From contig OZ245838.1 in assembly GCA_965228735.1 (NCBI GenBank), positions 3,232,001 to 3,296,000 of the forward strand: a stretch of 64,000 nt of DNA, given 5' to 3'. This DNA is from Planctomycetota bacterium (GTDB lineage Bacteria > Planctomycetota > UBA1135 > UBA2386). Position numbers and translations under genes: made by a program. This document shows, one piece after another, positions 8,256 to 18,377 of this stretch (position 1 is its first letter; the number at the start of each line of letters is the position of its first letter). A model generated the notes under the pieces. It searched no databases, had not been told where the DNA came from, and worked only from the letters and a program-made list of their open reading frames with translations.

Positions 8256-10793
8256 TCAGTAGTCGCCGATCGTGACTTCGAGGCCGTTGCTGGCCGCGAG
8301 TCCGTAGGGGTTGAGGCCCGGCACGAACGCGCCGGCCTGGGCGAAGATCGGGAGTCCGAGGAAGCTCGGGTCGCCCGGCATCGTGAGGCTGTAGATCGGG
8401 TCCGGGAACGGCGGCAGCATCAGCAGCGACACCGCGCCACCCGTATAGGCCACGCAGCCGGGCGCGTTCGAGCCGAGCGGCAACGCCGGGTTCACGAAGT
8501 CGAGCTGCACGAAGCCGAGCACGACGCCGTTTGGCAGGCCGGTGAGGCGGAGGTTCCAGTCACGGCAGAGGACCGGCCGCGTGTAGGACGTCAGCTGCGG
8601 GCCGTTGCAACCCGAGCCGACCGTCTGCACCGTCGCCGGCGTGACCTGGGTCGCGTTCGTCAGGCACTGCAGCGTGAAACGGCCGTCCCACGGCGAGCCC
8701 GTCGCGTTCCAGACCTGGACGATGACCTGCATGCCGGACGGACCGTTGCCGTCGAACGACTCGATCGAAGCGTAGGTCGAGTCGAGCGTGTGACCGCTGA
8801 CCTTGACGGTCGGGTTCGCGGTCGGGTCGATGTCGGGCAGGTTGACGCGGTAGCGCCCGGTCGAGAGGCGATCGATCGTCTCGGCCCCGCTCGGGCCGAA
8901 CCGGCCGTTGCTGTCCGTGTAGGCACTGTGCGGCGTGTAGCTCGTCGCGGTCGGCTGGTCCGCCCAGACGTGCGCGCCGGAGCCGTGCTCGACGGCGATC
9001 GGCGCCGCGACCTCGCTGTAGCTCACGATGAACCGGCCATCCGTGAGGTTGCCGAAGACGTCCCGAACGCGAATCAGCGCGACCAGGTCGCCCGTCCCGC
9101 TGGACCACGACGTCACCTTCGGGCGCGTCAGCGACGTGCCGTACGGAGTGACCTGGACGTTGCCGTACTCCGGCCCCGTGGACCCGAGGTTCGGGAACGT
9201 CACCGTGTAGGAGCCGATCGCCGTCCGCGCGACCGTGGGCGCACCCCGATCACCGTTCCAGCTGTAGGCGCCCAGCGGCGTGTAGCTGGACGCCGTCGCG
9301 TTGTTGGCCCAACAGTAGGCCTCGCGCGCGGTCGGGTTGCCGCCGTAACGCCACTGCATCGTGAAGTCGCGATCGCCGGCCGGGTTGCCGAACGCGTCGA
9401 ACAGCAGCACGTTGACCTGGGCCTCGTCGCCGATCTGGAACCAGCTCTTGACGACCGCCGTGTGGTTGCCATCGACGGCCGTGAGGTGCGGCACGCCGCC
9501 GACCGACGGTGCGCCGCCCGGCACGTGAACCGTGAACGCGTTGCTCGAGCTGCCCCGCGTGACGTTCAACGGATCACCTTCGGTCGAGAACTGCTGCCCC
9601 GCTGCCGGCACGAACGACTGACCCTGACCGAGCGGTTCGACGTTGGCCCACGCGACGATCGGCGTCGCCGCCGGACGGTTGGTCAGGAACAGCAGCACGA
9701 ATCGCGTATCCGTCGCACCCCCGGTTGCATCGAAGGTCGTGACGATCACGTTCGTCCCGCCGCAGCCATCGCTGTCCCACGAGTCGACGGTCGCATAGTC
9801 GGCCCCCGAACCCTGCGCGGTGACCAGCGCGGTCGCGCTGCCCGACGGCGCGACGTTGGGCAGGTTGACCAGGTAGCGCCCGACACCGAGGCGTCGCACG
9901 GTCTCGGCATCCGGCGGCCCCTCGCGGCCGTTGCTGTCCGTGTACGTGCCGTTCGGCCGATAGAACGACCCGATCGGATCGTTGGCGTAGACGTACGCGC
10001 CGGAGCCATCGCGCTCGTTGATCGGCGCCGCGGACTCACAATACGAACAGATGAACCGCGAGTCGGTCGGCTGACCCGTCATGTCGAAGCAGCGCACGTT
10101 CACGACCGTGTCGCCGGCGCTGTTGCCCCAGTTGAACACCTTCGCGCGGACCGGCAACGCGCCGTACGGCGTGATCTCGACGCAGCCGCGCTCGTCACCG
10201 AGAGCCGCCAGCCCCGGGAACCGCACCTGATACGTCCCCACGGCACTGCGCGTGACCGTCGGGTTGCCGCGATTGCCGTTCCAGCTGTAGCTCGTCGACG
10301 GCGTGTAGCTCGCGGCCGTCGCGTTGTTCGCGAAGACGTAGGCCTCGCGGCGCGCGAACGGACCTTCGTAGCGCCAGTGCACGGTGAACCTGGCATCGTT
10401 GGCCGGACCGCCGAGGCTGTCGTAGAGCGCGACGCGAGCCTGGACATCACCAGTCGCGGTGAGCCAGCTCTGCACGACGGCCGTGTGGTTGCCGTTCAAC
10501 GCCGTCGCGTGCACGCAGCCGCCAATGGCCGGCGCGGCGCCCGGAATCGTCACCTGGAACTCGTTGTTGCTCGCGCCGCGGGCCACGAGGATCGTGCCGC
10601 CGGCGGTCGAACACTGGTAGGAAGTCGACGGCGTGAAGACGAGGCCCTGCCCGGCGGGCGAGACCCGCGCCCACGCAACCTCTTGCGCCGTGACATCGGG
10701 AGTCGTCGCGCCCAACGCGGCAGCGACCAGGAATGCGAGGCCACACCGACGCAGCGGCGGACCGGAGGAGAGCCGGAGATCAGGATCGTTCAT
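8256..10793 (-). CDS. Secreted protein with six tandem ~110-aa beta repeats and shared C-terminal domain
   Basis: Start ATG 10793 gives a signal peptide ending VTA-Q; (ABC)x2 repeat layout; C-terminus GSGC...PGC...IFAQ...SNGLEVTIG. Confidence 0.8.
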   Translation of the reverse strand: MNDPDLRLSSGPPLRRCGLAFLVAAALGATTPDVTAQEVAWARVSPAGQGLVFTPSTSYQCSTAGGTILVARGASNNEFQVTIPGAAPAIGGCVHATALNGNHTAVVQSWLTATGDVQARVALYDSLGGPANDARFTVHWRYEGPFARREAYVFANNATAASYTPSTSYSWNGNRGNPTVTRSAVGTYQVRFPGLAALGDERGCVEITPYGALPVRAKVFNWGNSAGDTVVNVRCFDMTGQPTDSRFICSYCESAAPINERDGSGAYVYANDPIGSFYRPNGTYTDSNGREGPPDAETVRRLGVGRYLVNLPNVAPSGSATALVTAQGSGADYATVDSWDSDGCGGTNVIVTTFDATGGATDTRFVLLFLTNRPAATPIVAWANVEPLGQGQSFVPAAGQQFSTEGDPLNVTRGSSSNAFTVHVPGGAPSVGGVPHLTAVDGNHTAVVKSWFQIGDEAQVNVLLFDAFGNPAGDRDFTMQWRYGGNPTAREAYCWANNATASSYTPLGAYSWNGDRGAPTVARTAIGSYTVTFPNLGSTGPEYGNVQVTPYGTSLTRPKVTSWSSGTGDLVALIRVRDVFGNLTDGRFIVSYSEVAAPIAVEHGSGAHVWADQPTATSYTPHSAYTDSNGRFGPSGAETIDRLSTGRYRVNLPDIDPTANPTVKVSGHTLDSTYASIESFDGNGPSGMQVIVQVWNATGSPWDGRFTLQCLTNATQVTPATVQTVGSGCNGPQLTSYTRPVLCRDWNLRLTGLPNGVVLGFVQLDFVNPALPLGSNAPGCVAYTGGAVSLLMLPPFPDPIYSLTMPGDPSFLGLPIFAQAGAFVPGLNPYGLAASNGLEVTIGDY

Positions 10794-10958
10794 GCCCGCC
10801 CATGTCGCGCGCCCGGCGTCGGCGACGATGAACTCGAAAAACCCGGACGGCCAGAACCCGCGTACCGGGGGCGAAGGCCCTTCACAGGGCAGGTCCATCC
10901 CCGTCGACGCTATCCTGGAACGAAGTCCGCAACCGCCCTCCCCGTTCCACCGACCCTC

Positions 10959-12716
10959 GTGCAACTCGCCCGCCTCTGTTTCGCGTTCGCGGCCTTCGGC
11001 ACCGCTGGCAGCGCCCAAACCGTCGAGATCGTCCGTGACCTGCTGCCGAACGGCAGCGGCGCAGCGTACTGGTCGCTGATCGGGCACCTGCCCGGGCAAC
11101 GCGAGGTTCTCGTCGCGCTCGACGACGGCATCCACGGGTTCGAGTTGTGGCGCACGGACGGCACGGCCGCGGGCACGACGCTGTTCTATGAGTTCGCTCC
11201 CGGACCAGCCGGCACGTTCTTCCGCGGCGGCACGGTCCTCACCGATCACACCTGGTTCGTGCTCGACGTCGGCGCGGGCGAAGAACTGTGGCGCACCGAT
11301 GGCACGGTAACCGGCACGACCCGCGTCAGGACGGCGGGTGCCCTCGGCGTCGCCTCGATCAGCCGCCCGCTCGCCCACCTGGACGGCCGCTTCCTGTTCA
11401 ACACGGACAACGCGCTCTGGAGCACCGACGGGACGCACGCCGGCACCGTCAACCTCGGTTGCCCGCCCGCCTATCGCGTCGACCCAGCCGGCGCGTTCCT
11501 GCTCGTGCACGCCACGCCCGACGACATCTGGCTCACCGACGGCAACCAGGCGACGCTGCTGCGCCAGAACGCCGACGTTCGTTTCGCCGATGGAAGGGTG
11601 CTGTTGAACGAGCGCATCGTGTCCGGTGGCTCGACGGCTGCGAACCGCTTCACGATTCTCAGCGACCCGAGCCAACCGTCGGTCGTCATCAACAGCACCG
11701 TCGTCATCGCGCTGAGTCTGCCGTCGACGGTCCTGCTGCTCGACGTCAGCTTCGCCGGGTCGAGTCTCATGGCGTGGGACGGCACCGGCCCACCGCAGGT
11801 GCTGCGGACGTTCCCTTTCCTCGCGCCACTCGCGCGTCGCATCGGCGACCGCTGGGTGTTCTCCGCGTTCGATCTCACGCTGGGCGAAGAGCCGTGCTTC
11901 ACCGACGGCACCGTCCAGGGCACGCAGATCCTCGACCTCTACCCGGGCCCCGCGGGTTCGCAGCCCGACATCGTCGGCGAACTCGACGGCAAACTCCTGT
12001 TCTGGGCGCTGACGCCGGGAGCCGGCGGCGAACCCTGGGTGACCGACGGCACGATCGCCGGCACGACCCTGTTCGGTGAGACGGTCGCCGGCCCTGCCGG
12101 CACGCTGCCCGATCCCTACGGCGCGCCGATGCAGGCGGGCGACCGCCGACTGCTCTTGTCCGTGAGCGGGCGACCCTGGCTCGTCGGCGGCCCTCAGGGT
12201 CTGCAGCAGGTCGGCGGCGTGAATCTGCTCTCCGCGTGGCGGGCCGTGCCGATCGGCGACACGTGGGTGTTCCTCGCCGACGACGGCGTGCGAGGGCTCG
12301 AGCTCTATCGCCTGCGCACGACGGGCACCGCGATCCCGTTGCCGGACTGCGCCGAGTTCGACCTGTTCGGTGACGGTCGCGAGTTCACCGTCGACGACCC
12401 GGTCCTCGGTGCGACCATCCATGCCCGCGCAACGGGTCTCCAGCCGACCGACCTCGGTGTCGCCATGCTCGGCCACCCGGCAATGTCGCCGGCCTACCTC
12501 GGCGACAACTGCTATCTGCAATTCGACCCGACGGTCGCTATCCCGCTCGCCGTCATCGCCGATCGCGGCAACGGCTCCTGGTCGCTGCCGTTCTACGTTA
12601 CGAACACACCGGGGCTCACTGGCATCGAGCTCGTCGCGCAACCGCTGTTCCTCGACCCGGGAACGACGCCCGGGTGGGCCGGCGGGCGGGCGATATGGCT
12701 GTCGCCCGGACGGTAG
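10959..12716 (+). CDS. ELWxxDGT-repeat beta-propeller secreted protein with shared C-terminal domain
   Basis: GTG start gives a signal peptide ending GSA-Q; ELWRTDGT, ALWSTDGT, EPWVTDGT repeats; C-terminal DPVLG...NC...GIELVAQ. Confidence 0.85.
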   Translation: MQLARLCFAFAAFGTAGSAQTVEIVRDLLPNGSGAAYWSLIGHLPGQREVLVALDDGIHGFELWRTDGTAAGTTLFYEFAPGPAGTFFRGGTVLTDHTWFVLDVGAGEELWRTDGTVTGTTRVRTAGALGVASISRPLAHLDGRFLFNTDNALWSTDGTHAGTVNLGCPPAYRVDPAGAFLLVHATPDDIWLTDGNQATLLRQNADVRFADGRVLLNERIVSGGSTAANRFTILSDPSQPSVVINSTVVIALSLPSTVLLLDVSFAGSSLMAWDGTGPPQVLRTFPFLAPLARRIGDRWVFSAFDLTLGEEPCFTDGTVQGTQILDLYPGPAGSQPDIVGELDGKLLFWALTPGAGGEPWVTDGTIAGTTLFGETVAGPAGTLPDPYGAPMQAGDRRLLLSVSGRPWLVGGPQGLQQVGGVNLLSAWRAVPIGDTWVFLADDGVRGLELYRLRTTGTAIPLPDCAEFDLFGDGREFTVDDPVLGATIHARATGLQPTDLGVAMLGHPAMSPAYLGDNCYLQFDPTVAIPLAVIADRGNGSWSLPFYVTNTPGLTGIELVAQPLFLDPGTTPGWAGGRAIWLSPGR

Positions 12717-12816
12717 GATCGTGTTGGATGCGTGCGGGTGTGTTGCCCCGGCCGAGCGCTGGGCTACCTACCCCCGTTCCCGGGCATCCGCCCCGACACC
12801 ACCAATCGAGCCCACA

Positions 12817-13752
12817 ATGCCTCCTCGCGCCTATTCGTTCGCCCTGGTGACGGCAGTCACCGCGCTGCCACTCACTGCCCAGTCCGCGAGCCTCACCGCC
12901 GCGACACCAATCACGGTCTCCGCGCAGCACGGAGCGCAGACCGCGAGCCAGACGCTACCGGCCGGGCCCCTGCCAGCGGTGCTGCAGCACAGCGCCGGAA
13001 CGCCGGCTGCGCTCGGCAGCTCCGCGACGTTGTGGACCGAGTTCCAGTCCAGCCAGGTGTCGCTCGGCGCGAACGTCCGCTTCGCGCTCCTCGTGCCCGC
13101 CACGAACAGTTCCGCGGCGATCTCGCCGAGTGAATTGGTGCTCGACCTCAGCTCGCCCGCGGGCCAGCCGATGTGGCTCCACATCGAAGGCGACTACTAC
13201 GCCTCGGCCGGGCTGCCGACGCCGCTCTTGATCGTCGACGTGTTCGATGACGGCGTGCCGGACTACTCGCTGCAATTTCCGGCCACGCCGGGCCCGATCG
13301 GTCTGCCGGGCGGCGTGAACGTGCCGACCCGGATCACCCTGAGCTCCAGCACCGTGATGTCCGGGCGCCTCGAGGTCGGCGTTCGACTGACCGCGGTGCC
13401 CGCCAACACCGTCATCAACTCGTCCGGCGGGCAGTGCGCCCTCCTCCAGTACGGTCTGCAGCCGCGCTTCGACGGCGGTCTCTCGTACTCCGCTTCGGCG
13501 CCGTCACAGTTCACGCCCGTCGCGGTCGTCTTCGGCCTCGCGCCGATGCCGCAGCTGCTCGGCAGCGCGGTCGGAATTCCGTGCATCGGACTGCCGCGCC
13601 CCGACATCGTGATCCTGCACCCGTTCGGCGGCGGCGACGGCACGCTCGCGATCCCGCAGGCCGCCCGCCCGATCCGGCTGTACACCCAGGCCATCATGCC
13701 GTCCGGGAACGCGATCCGCACGAGCGAGGCGTTCACCATCAACGCGAACTGA
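12817..13752 (+). CDS. Secreted hypothetical protein (paralog of 55928 and 56986 genes) with shared C-terminal domain
   Basis: Signal peptide ending LTA-Q; motifs LPAGPLP, DVFDDG, PRFDGG, PC..LPRPD, LYTQA shared with the two paralogs. Confidence 0.8.
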   Translation: MPPRAYSFALVTAVTALPLTAQSASLTAATPITVSAQHGAQTASQTLPAGPLPAVLQHSAGTPAALGSSATLWTEFQSSQVSLGANVRFALLVPATNSSAAISPSELVLDLSSPAGQPMWLHIEGDYYASAGLPTPLLIVDVFDDGVPDYSLQFPATPGPIGLPGGVNVPTRITLSSSTVMSGRLEVGVRLTAVPANTVINSSGGQCALLQYGLQPRFDGGLSYSASAPSQFTPVAVVFGLAPMPQLLGSAVGIPCIGLPRPDIVILHPFGGGDGTLAIPQAARPIRLYTQAIMPSGNAIRTSEAFTINAN

Positions 13753-13854
13753 GAACCCCACGCGCGGGCGATCGACTTGCATCGTCGCGGCGCGAACAAT
13801 GTCGAGAACCGAGTGCGGCAGTCGCAGTCGTTCTCGCCCGATCCGACCAGTTCT

Positions 13855-16800
13855 CTACCGCACGACGTGCAGCGTCCCGTGGATCACGGGCCGCAGGACC
13901 TGTTCGTCCGGCGTCTCGACGTTGCACCGGATCTCGAGCCCCATCGTCGGGGCGAGGTCGGGTATCCGCAGCCTCACGGTGCGACCGTCCGCCTGCAGTT
14001 CGGCTGCCGGCACAGTCAACGTGCGCTCGTCCACGTGCTTGCTGCCGTAGCGCGCCGACCGCGTGAGCTGCCACGTCTTGACGCCGTAGCTCTCGGGATC
14101 GTTCGCCGTCTCGGGGTCGAGCCTCGTGCCGAACTGCAGTTCGAGGCCGCCCTCGATCGTGCGCATTCCGACCGGCATCGCGACCGGGCCGCCCGTGTAG
14201 CGCACGCGATAGAACCCGCCCGGTCGCGTCCGCGCCCCGGACCAACCGTAGAGGCCGCAGCAGAACAGCTGCCCTGATGGCGCATGGAATCGACCACGCA
14301 TGATGCCGGTCGGGAAGGCGGCGATCGGCAGCGCCGTCATGCCACCCTGCCAGACCTCGCCGACCTGATCCTCGAGCACGAGGAAGACGCGGCCCATGCC
14401 GTAGCTCAGCTGGAGCAGCGCGCCCGCGGGCAGCCCCCAGCGCGAACCCTCGACCCGCACGAGCTCCGCGGGCGACCGATCGAACGCGTTCGTGAGCCAG
14501 CACAGCGGCGGCTCCATGTCCTCGTCCGCGGTGCTCTCGCGGTCGTGATAGCCCATCATGTTGCCGTAGAACCCGCCGGGCACGACGCGGTTGATGCGGT
14601 TCTTCGGCGTCCAGTTGCCTTCCTGATCCGTGACGAAGAACGAGCCGTCGTCGTTGACGCACACGCCGTTGGCGGCGCGGAAGCCGTTCGCCACGATCTC
14701 GGTGCGTGATCCGTCCCGCGTCACCTTGAGCAACGTGCCGTGGTGCGGCACGAGCGCCGTCTTCGCGTGGCGCGCTGACTTGCAGTAGTAGAAGTCGCCG
14801 AGAGCGTCCGTCTGCAGCCCCATGGCGAACTCATGGAAGTGCTCGGTGACCTGATGGTCGTTGTTGAAGCAGCGGTAGAAGTCGGTCTCGCCGTCGCCGT
14901 TGCGATCCTCGAGCACGCAGATCTGATCGCGGCAGCTGACGTAGATCGTCTCGTCCACGATGCGCACCCCGAGCGGCTGGAACAGCCCGGCCGCGATGCG
15001 GCGCCACGTCACCTCGGTCATCGCGTCACCGATGCCGCTCACGATCCAGACGTCGCCGTTCCACGTCGACACGGCCGCGCGGGTGCCATCGGCGAAGAAG
15101 TCGAAGCCGCCGAGGCGCAGCCAGCTGTGCCACGGGTTCTTGCCGAGGTCCGGCAGCACGAGCTCGTCGACCGCGTAGGCGCCCGCCCTCTCGCCCTCGC
15201 CCCGACGCACGGGCATCGTCACCGTCTCACGCCACTGCGCGGGCCCGCCGCCGACGAAGTCGGACGGCCACTCATCGGTCGCGAGCACCGCCCACGCGTC
15301 GAGCAGCTCGCGCCGCCCGTTCGACATCAGCAGCCGACATCGCAGGGCGTCGCCGGCCGCGATTCGCAGGACGTGGAAGCCCGCCTCCTGCTCGAGTCGC
15401 GCGCCCGGCACCGCCGTGTCGAGCCGAACGGAGACCGCCGCGGGCGCGACCCGCATCGCGAGCGCGTTCGCGCCGGCGCCGACCTCGAGGGTGCGCGTGA
15501 CGACCTCCACCCCCGCGGTGCCGACGAGCCCGGGCAACTCGAGCACCGTGCGGTCGCCGACCGTGTACTCGAACACCGACCGGCCACCGTGCTGGTGGCG
15601 ACCGAGGAAGCGAGCCCACGCGCGCGGCAGCGGTCCGTAGGGGCGACCGTCCCGATCGAGCGGGCGCGGATCGTCGAAGGTCCCGGTCGCGGGATCGGCC
15701 CAACCAGGCCCGACCGGATTGGTGAACACCGCGTCGCCGGCGATGTGCGCGTGCGTGTTGTGCGAACCGTCGAACGCGACGCCCTTCCAGTCGATGAAGC
15801 CCTCGCCGCGCCACACCGCCGCGACGTTCATCAGGTCGTGGTCGAACGCGAGGAACGTGTTGCCGCGCGCGAGGCCGCCGGCCCCGTCGTCGAGTCGCAC
15901 CCCGATCGCCTTCTGCGCGATGTTCTGGCGCGCGACCTCGTAGGTCCAATGCAGCGCGTTGCCGTAGTCCATGCGGCGATACGGCGGCAGATCGTCGGTG
16001 CTCGCGTTCTCGGCCGGGGCGTTGGCCATTCCCGGCGGCAGCGTCGCGAGGTAGTCCGCATCGCTGCCCACCTCCGGCAACCCGAGCTCCGCGCGCAGCC
16101 AGTGGATCACGTCGTAGCGCGGCCCCGTCGGGATCCAGTCCATCGCGGCCTTGTCGCCGAAGCCTTCTTCGAGTGTCCGGTAGAGCGCGAGCGGGTCGTC
16201 GCCACGCTGCAAACCGCTCGCGAACGCTTCGCGCGGCTCGGAGTGACACGAACTGCACAGCGCCGCATAGAGCTTCCGGCCCCGCGCGAGTGCCATGTCA
16301 TCGCAACCGAGGATCGCCGTTCGGTGGTCGACCGTCGCGAGCGGTCGCAGCCAGACGTTGGCGAAGCGCACGGGGGAGCTGTCCGCCTGCAGCCGAATCG
16401 GCGACTGCACGACGACGCGATCGGACGCGGGTTCGTCGCCAGCTTCGTCGGCCTTGGGTGTCCAGGTCAGCGCCACGTCACCGAGATCGACGACCTCGCC
16501 GCGCGACCACTGCTTCGCCTTGGCGTTGGTGATGCCGTGTTCGAGCACGAGCACGTCCGAGATCCGGCCCTGGAACGCGCCGCCGAAGTCCGTCGCCGTC
16601 GCGCCGATCTTGAAGACGTGACCGGGCTCGTCGGGCGCCACGAAGTCCGCGCGGGTCGCGACGAGCTGACCGTCGACGAACATCCGCGCTTCGCCGGCGT
16701 CATGGGTCAGCACGACGCGGTGCCACCTGCCGTCGTCGAACCTCCGCCTGCTCTGCATCATCCCGACCCAGCCGATGTCGTAGACGAGGCGCCCGCCGCG

Positions 16801-18330
16801 CAGGAACAGCGTCTTGCCGTTCGGCTGCCACTCACCGGACGGCGGCGCCTTGCTGGCCACCGTCCCGCCCTTCCTCGTCCGGAAGCGCCCGGCGATCGTG
16901 AACTCGCCGTCGCCGAAGTCGAACGACTCCGCGGGTGATCGCGCGTAACGCACGCCACCACCGGCCGCGACCGAACGGGCTCCGGGTGGTTCCGCGCGGA
17001 AGCCGTACGCCGTGCGCTCGCGCAATCGCACGCGGTCGTGGATCGGCACGCCGTTGAGCCATGCGCTCAGGACCGGATCCTGGTCCTGCAGGTGGCGGTA
17101 GTGGAGGTCGAGCGACTGCCAGGTACCGGCCGCTCGACTCGCGTCGGCCTCCGGCGCGGTCTGCCCGTAGACCGCGCCGCAGGCCAGCTCCGCCGGCACA
17201 TCACCGCGGTCGGCGATCTGCACCTCGTAGCGGCCACCGAGATAGATACCGCTCTGACCGCGGAACGCCGCCGGGCTGCCGGGCTCGACCGGAACGCAGA
17301 AGTCGACGTGCAGGTGATAGTCGCCGAACGACTCGCGCGTCATGACGTCGCCGAAGCCGGGACGCGCGACGAGCGCACCGTTCTCGACGTGCCACCGCGC
17401 CGCGTCGTAGACCGGGCCACCGCTGGAGCTGTCGGCGCGGCGGTCGATGCCGATCGCGAGCGGTTCGACGCTCGGGTCGTAGTGCCGCCACGCTGCGGCG
17501 TCGCTGCCGTCGAACAACACCGTCGCATCCGCGGGGGCAGCCAACGCGGGCGGCGCCGGGATCGGAGCGGCTGCGGGCACGGGCCTTCTCAGCACGTCCG
17601 CCGGCGCGAACATGCCGTTCGTCGGCACCTCGCGCTCGAGGCACCAGAGCACCGCGTTGCCGAGCAACCGCTGGAAGTCCGCACGCTCGAAGTTCTCGCG
17701 GCTGCCGAGCGACGTGTAGAAGATCCGCGACTCGGGCCGGTAGCGGTTGAGCCACGCGATCGGCTCCGCCGGCAGCCGACCGGTCCGCCCCAGCAGCAAC
17801 ACCGTCGCTTCGTCACCGAGCGGCTGCGCGTTGTACGTGCCGCCGTGCCCCATCGCGACGGTCGTCGCCACGCCACGCACGACCGGATGCGCCGCCGCAG
17901 CCATTGGCACGTAGCTCACCGTGCCCTGACCGTTCGGCGCGTGCGCCTTGTAGTGCCCGCCGAAGAACGGCGGAAACCAGCCCTTCTGGTCCTGGAACGC
18001 GTGACTCGTCGTGCGCAGCGCGACGCACGGCTTGCCCGCATCGAACCACGCGCGCAACCGCGCGAACTGCGCGTCGGTCGCGGTCCGAAACCGCAGGAAC
18101 AGCACGAGCAGGTCCGCAGTGTCGAGCGCGTCGAGCGCGGGCAGCTCGTTGCGTTCACTCTCGAGGACCGTGACACGCAGGCCGAGCTCAGCGCGGAGTC
18201 GCTGCGCGAACGCGGGCATGGTTTCGTCCGACCCGTACTCCCGTTCGCCGACGAGGAAGACGACGTGCGACCGGCCGGCCTGCGCGAACACGGCTGCGGC
18301 GAGGACGAGAACGGCGACGAGGGTCCGCAT
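13855..18330 (-). CDS. Multidomain secreted protein: ThuA-like + DUF1080 (with LamG-like insert) + cytochrome c + DUF6797/sugar-dehydrogenase-like propeller
   Basis: GEREY...LRTTSHAF...RIFYTSLG (ThuA-like); LFDG...SGIYLGGRYEVQI (DUF1080); DDGRWH (LamG); CSSCH heme motif; AGLFQPLG...HFHEF...GFRAANG...TDQEGNWTP...RGRF. Confidence 0.85.
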   Translation of the reverse strand: MRTLVAVLVLAAAVFAQAGRSHVVFLVGEREYGSDETMPAFAQRLRAELGLRVTVLESERNELPALDALDTADLLVLFLRFRTATDAQFARLRAWFDAGKPCVALRTTSHAFQDQKGWFPPFFGGHYKAHAPNGQGTVSYVPMAAAAHPVVRGVATTVAMGHGGTYNAQPLGDEATVLLLGRTGRLPAEPIAWLNRYRPESRIFYTSLGSRENFERADFQRLLGNAVLWCLEREVPTNGMFAPADVLRRPVPAAAPIPAPPALAAPADATVLFDGSDAAAWRHYDPSVEPLAIGIDRRADSSSGGPVYDAARWHVENGALVARPGFGDVMTRESFGDYHLHVDFCVPVEPGSPAAFRGQSGIYLGGRYEVQIADRGDVPAELACGAVYGQTAPEADASRAAGTWQSLDLHYRHLQDQDPVLSAWLNGVPIHDRVRLRERTAYGFRAEPPGARSVAAGGGVRYARSPAESFDFGDGEFTIAGRFRTRKGGTVASKAPPSGEWQPNGKTLFLRGGRLVYDIGWVGMMQSRRRFDDGRWHRVVLTHDAGEARMFVDGQLVATRADFVAPDEPGHVFKIGATATDFGGAFQGRISDVLVLEHGITNAKAKQWSRGEVVDLGDVALTWTPKADEAGDEPASDRVVVQSPIRLQADSSPVRFANVWLRPLATVDHRTAILGCDDMALARGRKLYAALCSSCHSEPREAFASGLQRGDDPLALYRTLEEGFGDKAAMDWIPTGPRYDVIHWLRAELGLPEVGSDADYLATLPPGMANAPAENASTDDLPPYRRMDYGNALHWTYEVARQNIAQKAIGVRLDDGAGGLARGNTFLAFDHDLMNVAAVWRGEGFIDWKGVAFDGSHNTHAHIAGDAVFTNPVGPGWADPATGTFDDPRPLDRDGRPYGPLPRAWARFLGRHQHGGRSVFEYTVGDRTVLELPGLVGTAGVEVVTRTLEVGAGANALAMRVAPAAVSVRLDTAVPGARLEQEAGFHVLRIAAGDALRCRLLMSNGRRELLDAWAVLATDEWPSDFVGGGPAQWRETVTMPVRRGEGERAGAYAVDELVLPDLGKNPWHSWLRLGGFDFFADGTRAAVSTWNGDVWIVSGIGDAMTEVTWRRIAAGLFQPLGVRIVDETIYVSCRDQICVLEDRNGDGETDFYRCFNNDHQVTEHFHEFAMGLQTDALGDFYYCKSARHAKTALVPHHGTLLKVTRDGSRTEIVANGFRAANGVCVNDDGSFFVTDQEGNWTPKNRINRVVPGGFYGNMMGYHDRESTADEDMEPPLCWLTNAFDRSPAELVRVEGSRWGLPAGALLQLSYGMGRVFLVLEDQVGEVWQGGMTALPIAAFPTGIMRGRFHAPSGQLFCCGLYGWSGARTRPGGFYRVRYTGGPVAMPVGMRTIEGGLELQFGTRLDPETANDPESYGVKTWQLTRSARYGSKHVDERTLTVPAAELQADGRTVRLRIPDLAPTMGLEIRCNVETPDEQVLRPVIHGTLHVVR

Positions 18331-18377
18331 CCGCGCGAACATACCGACCCCGCGACAACAGCCGTCCGGTACCTGGT

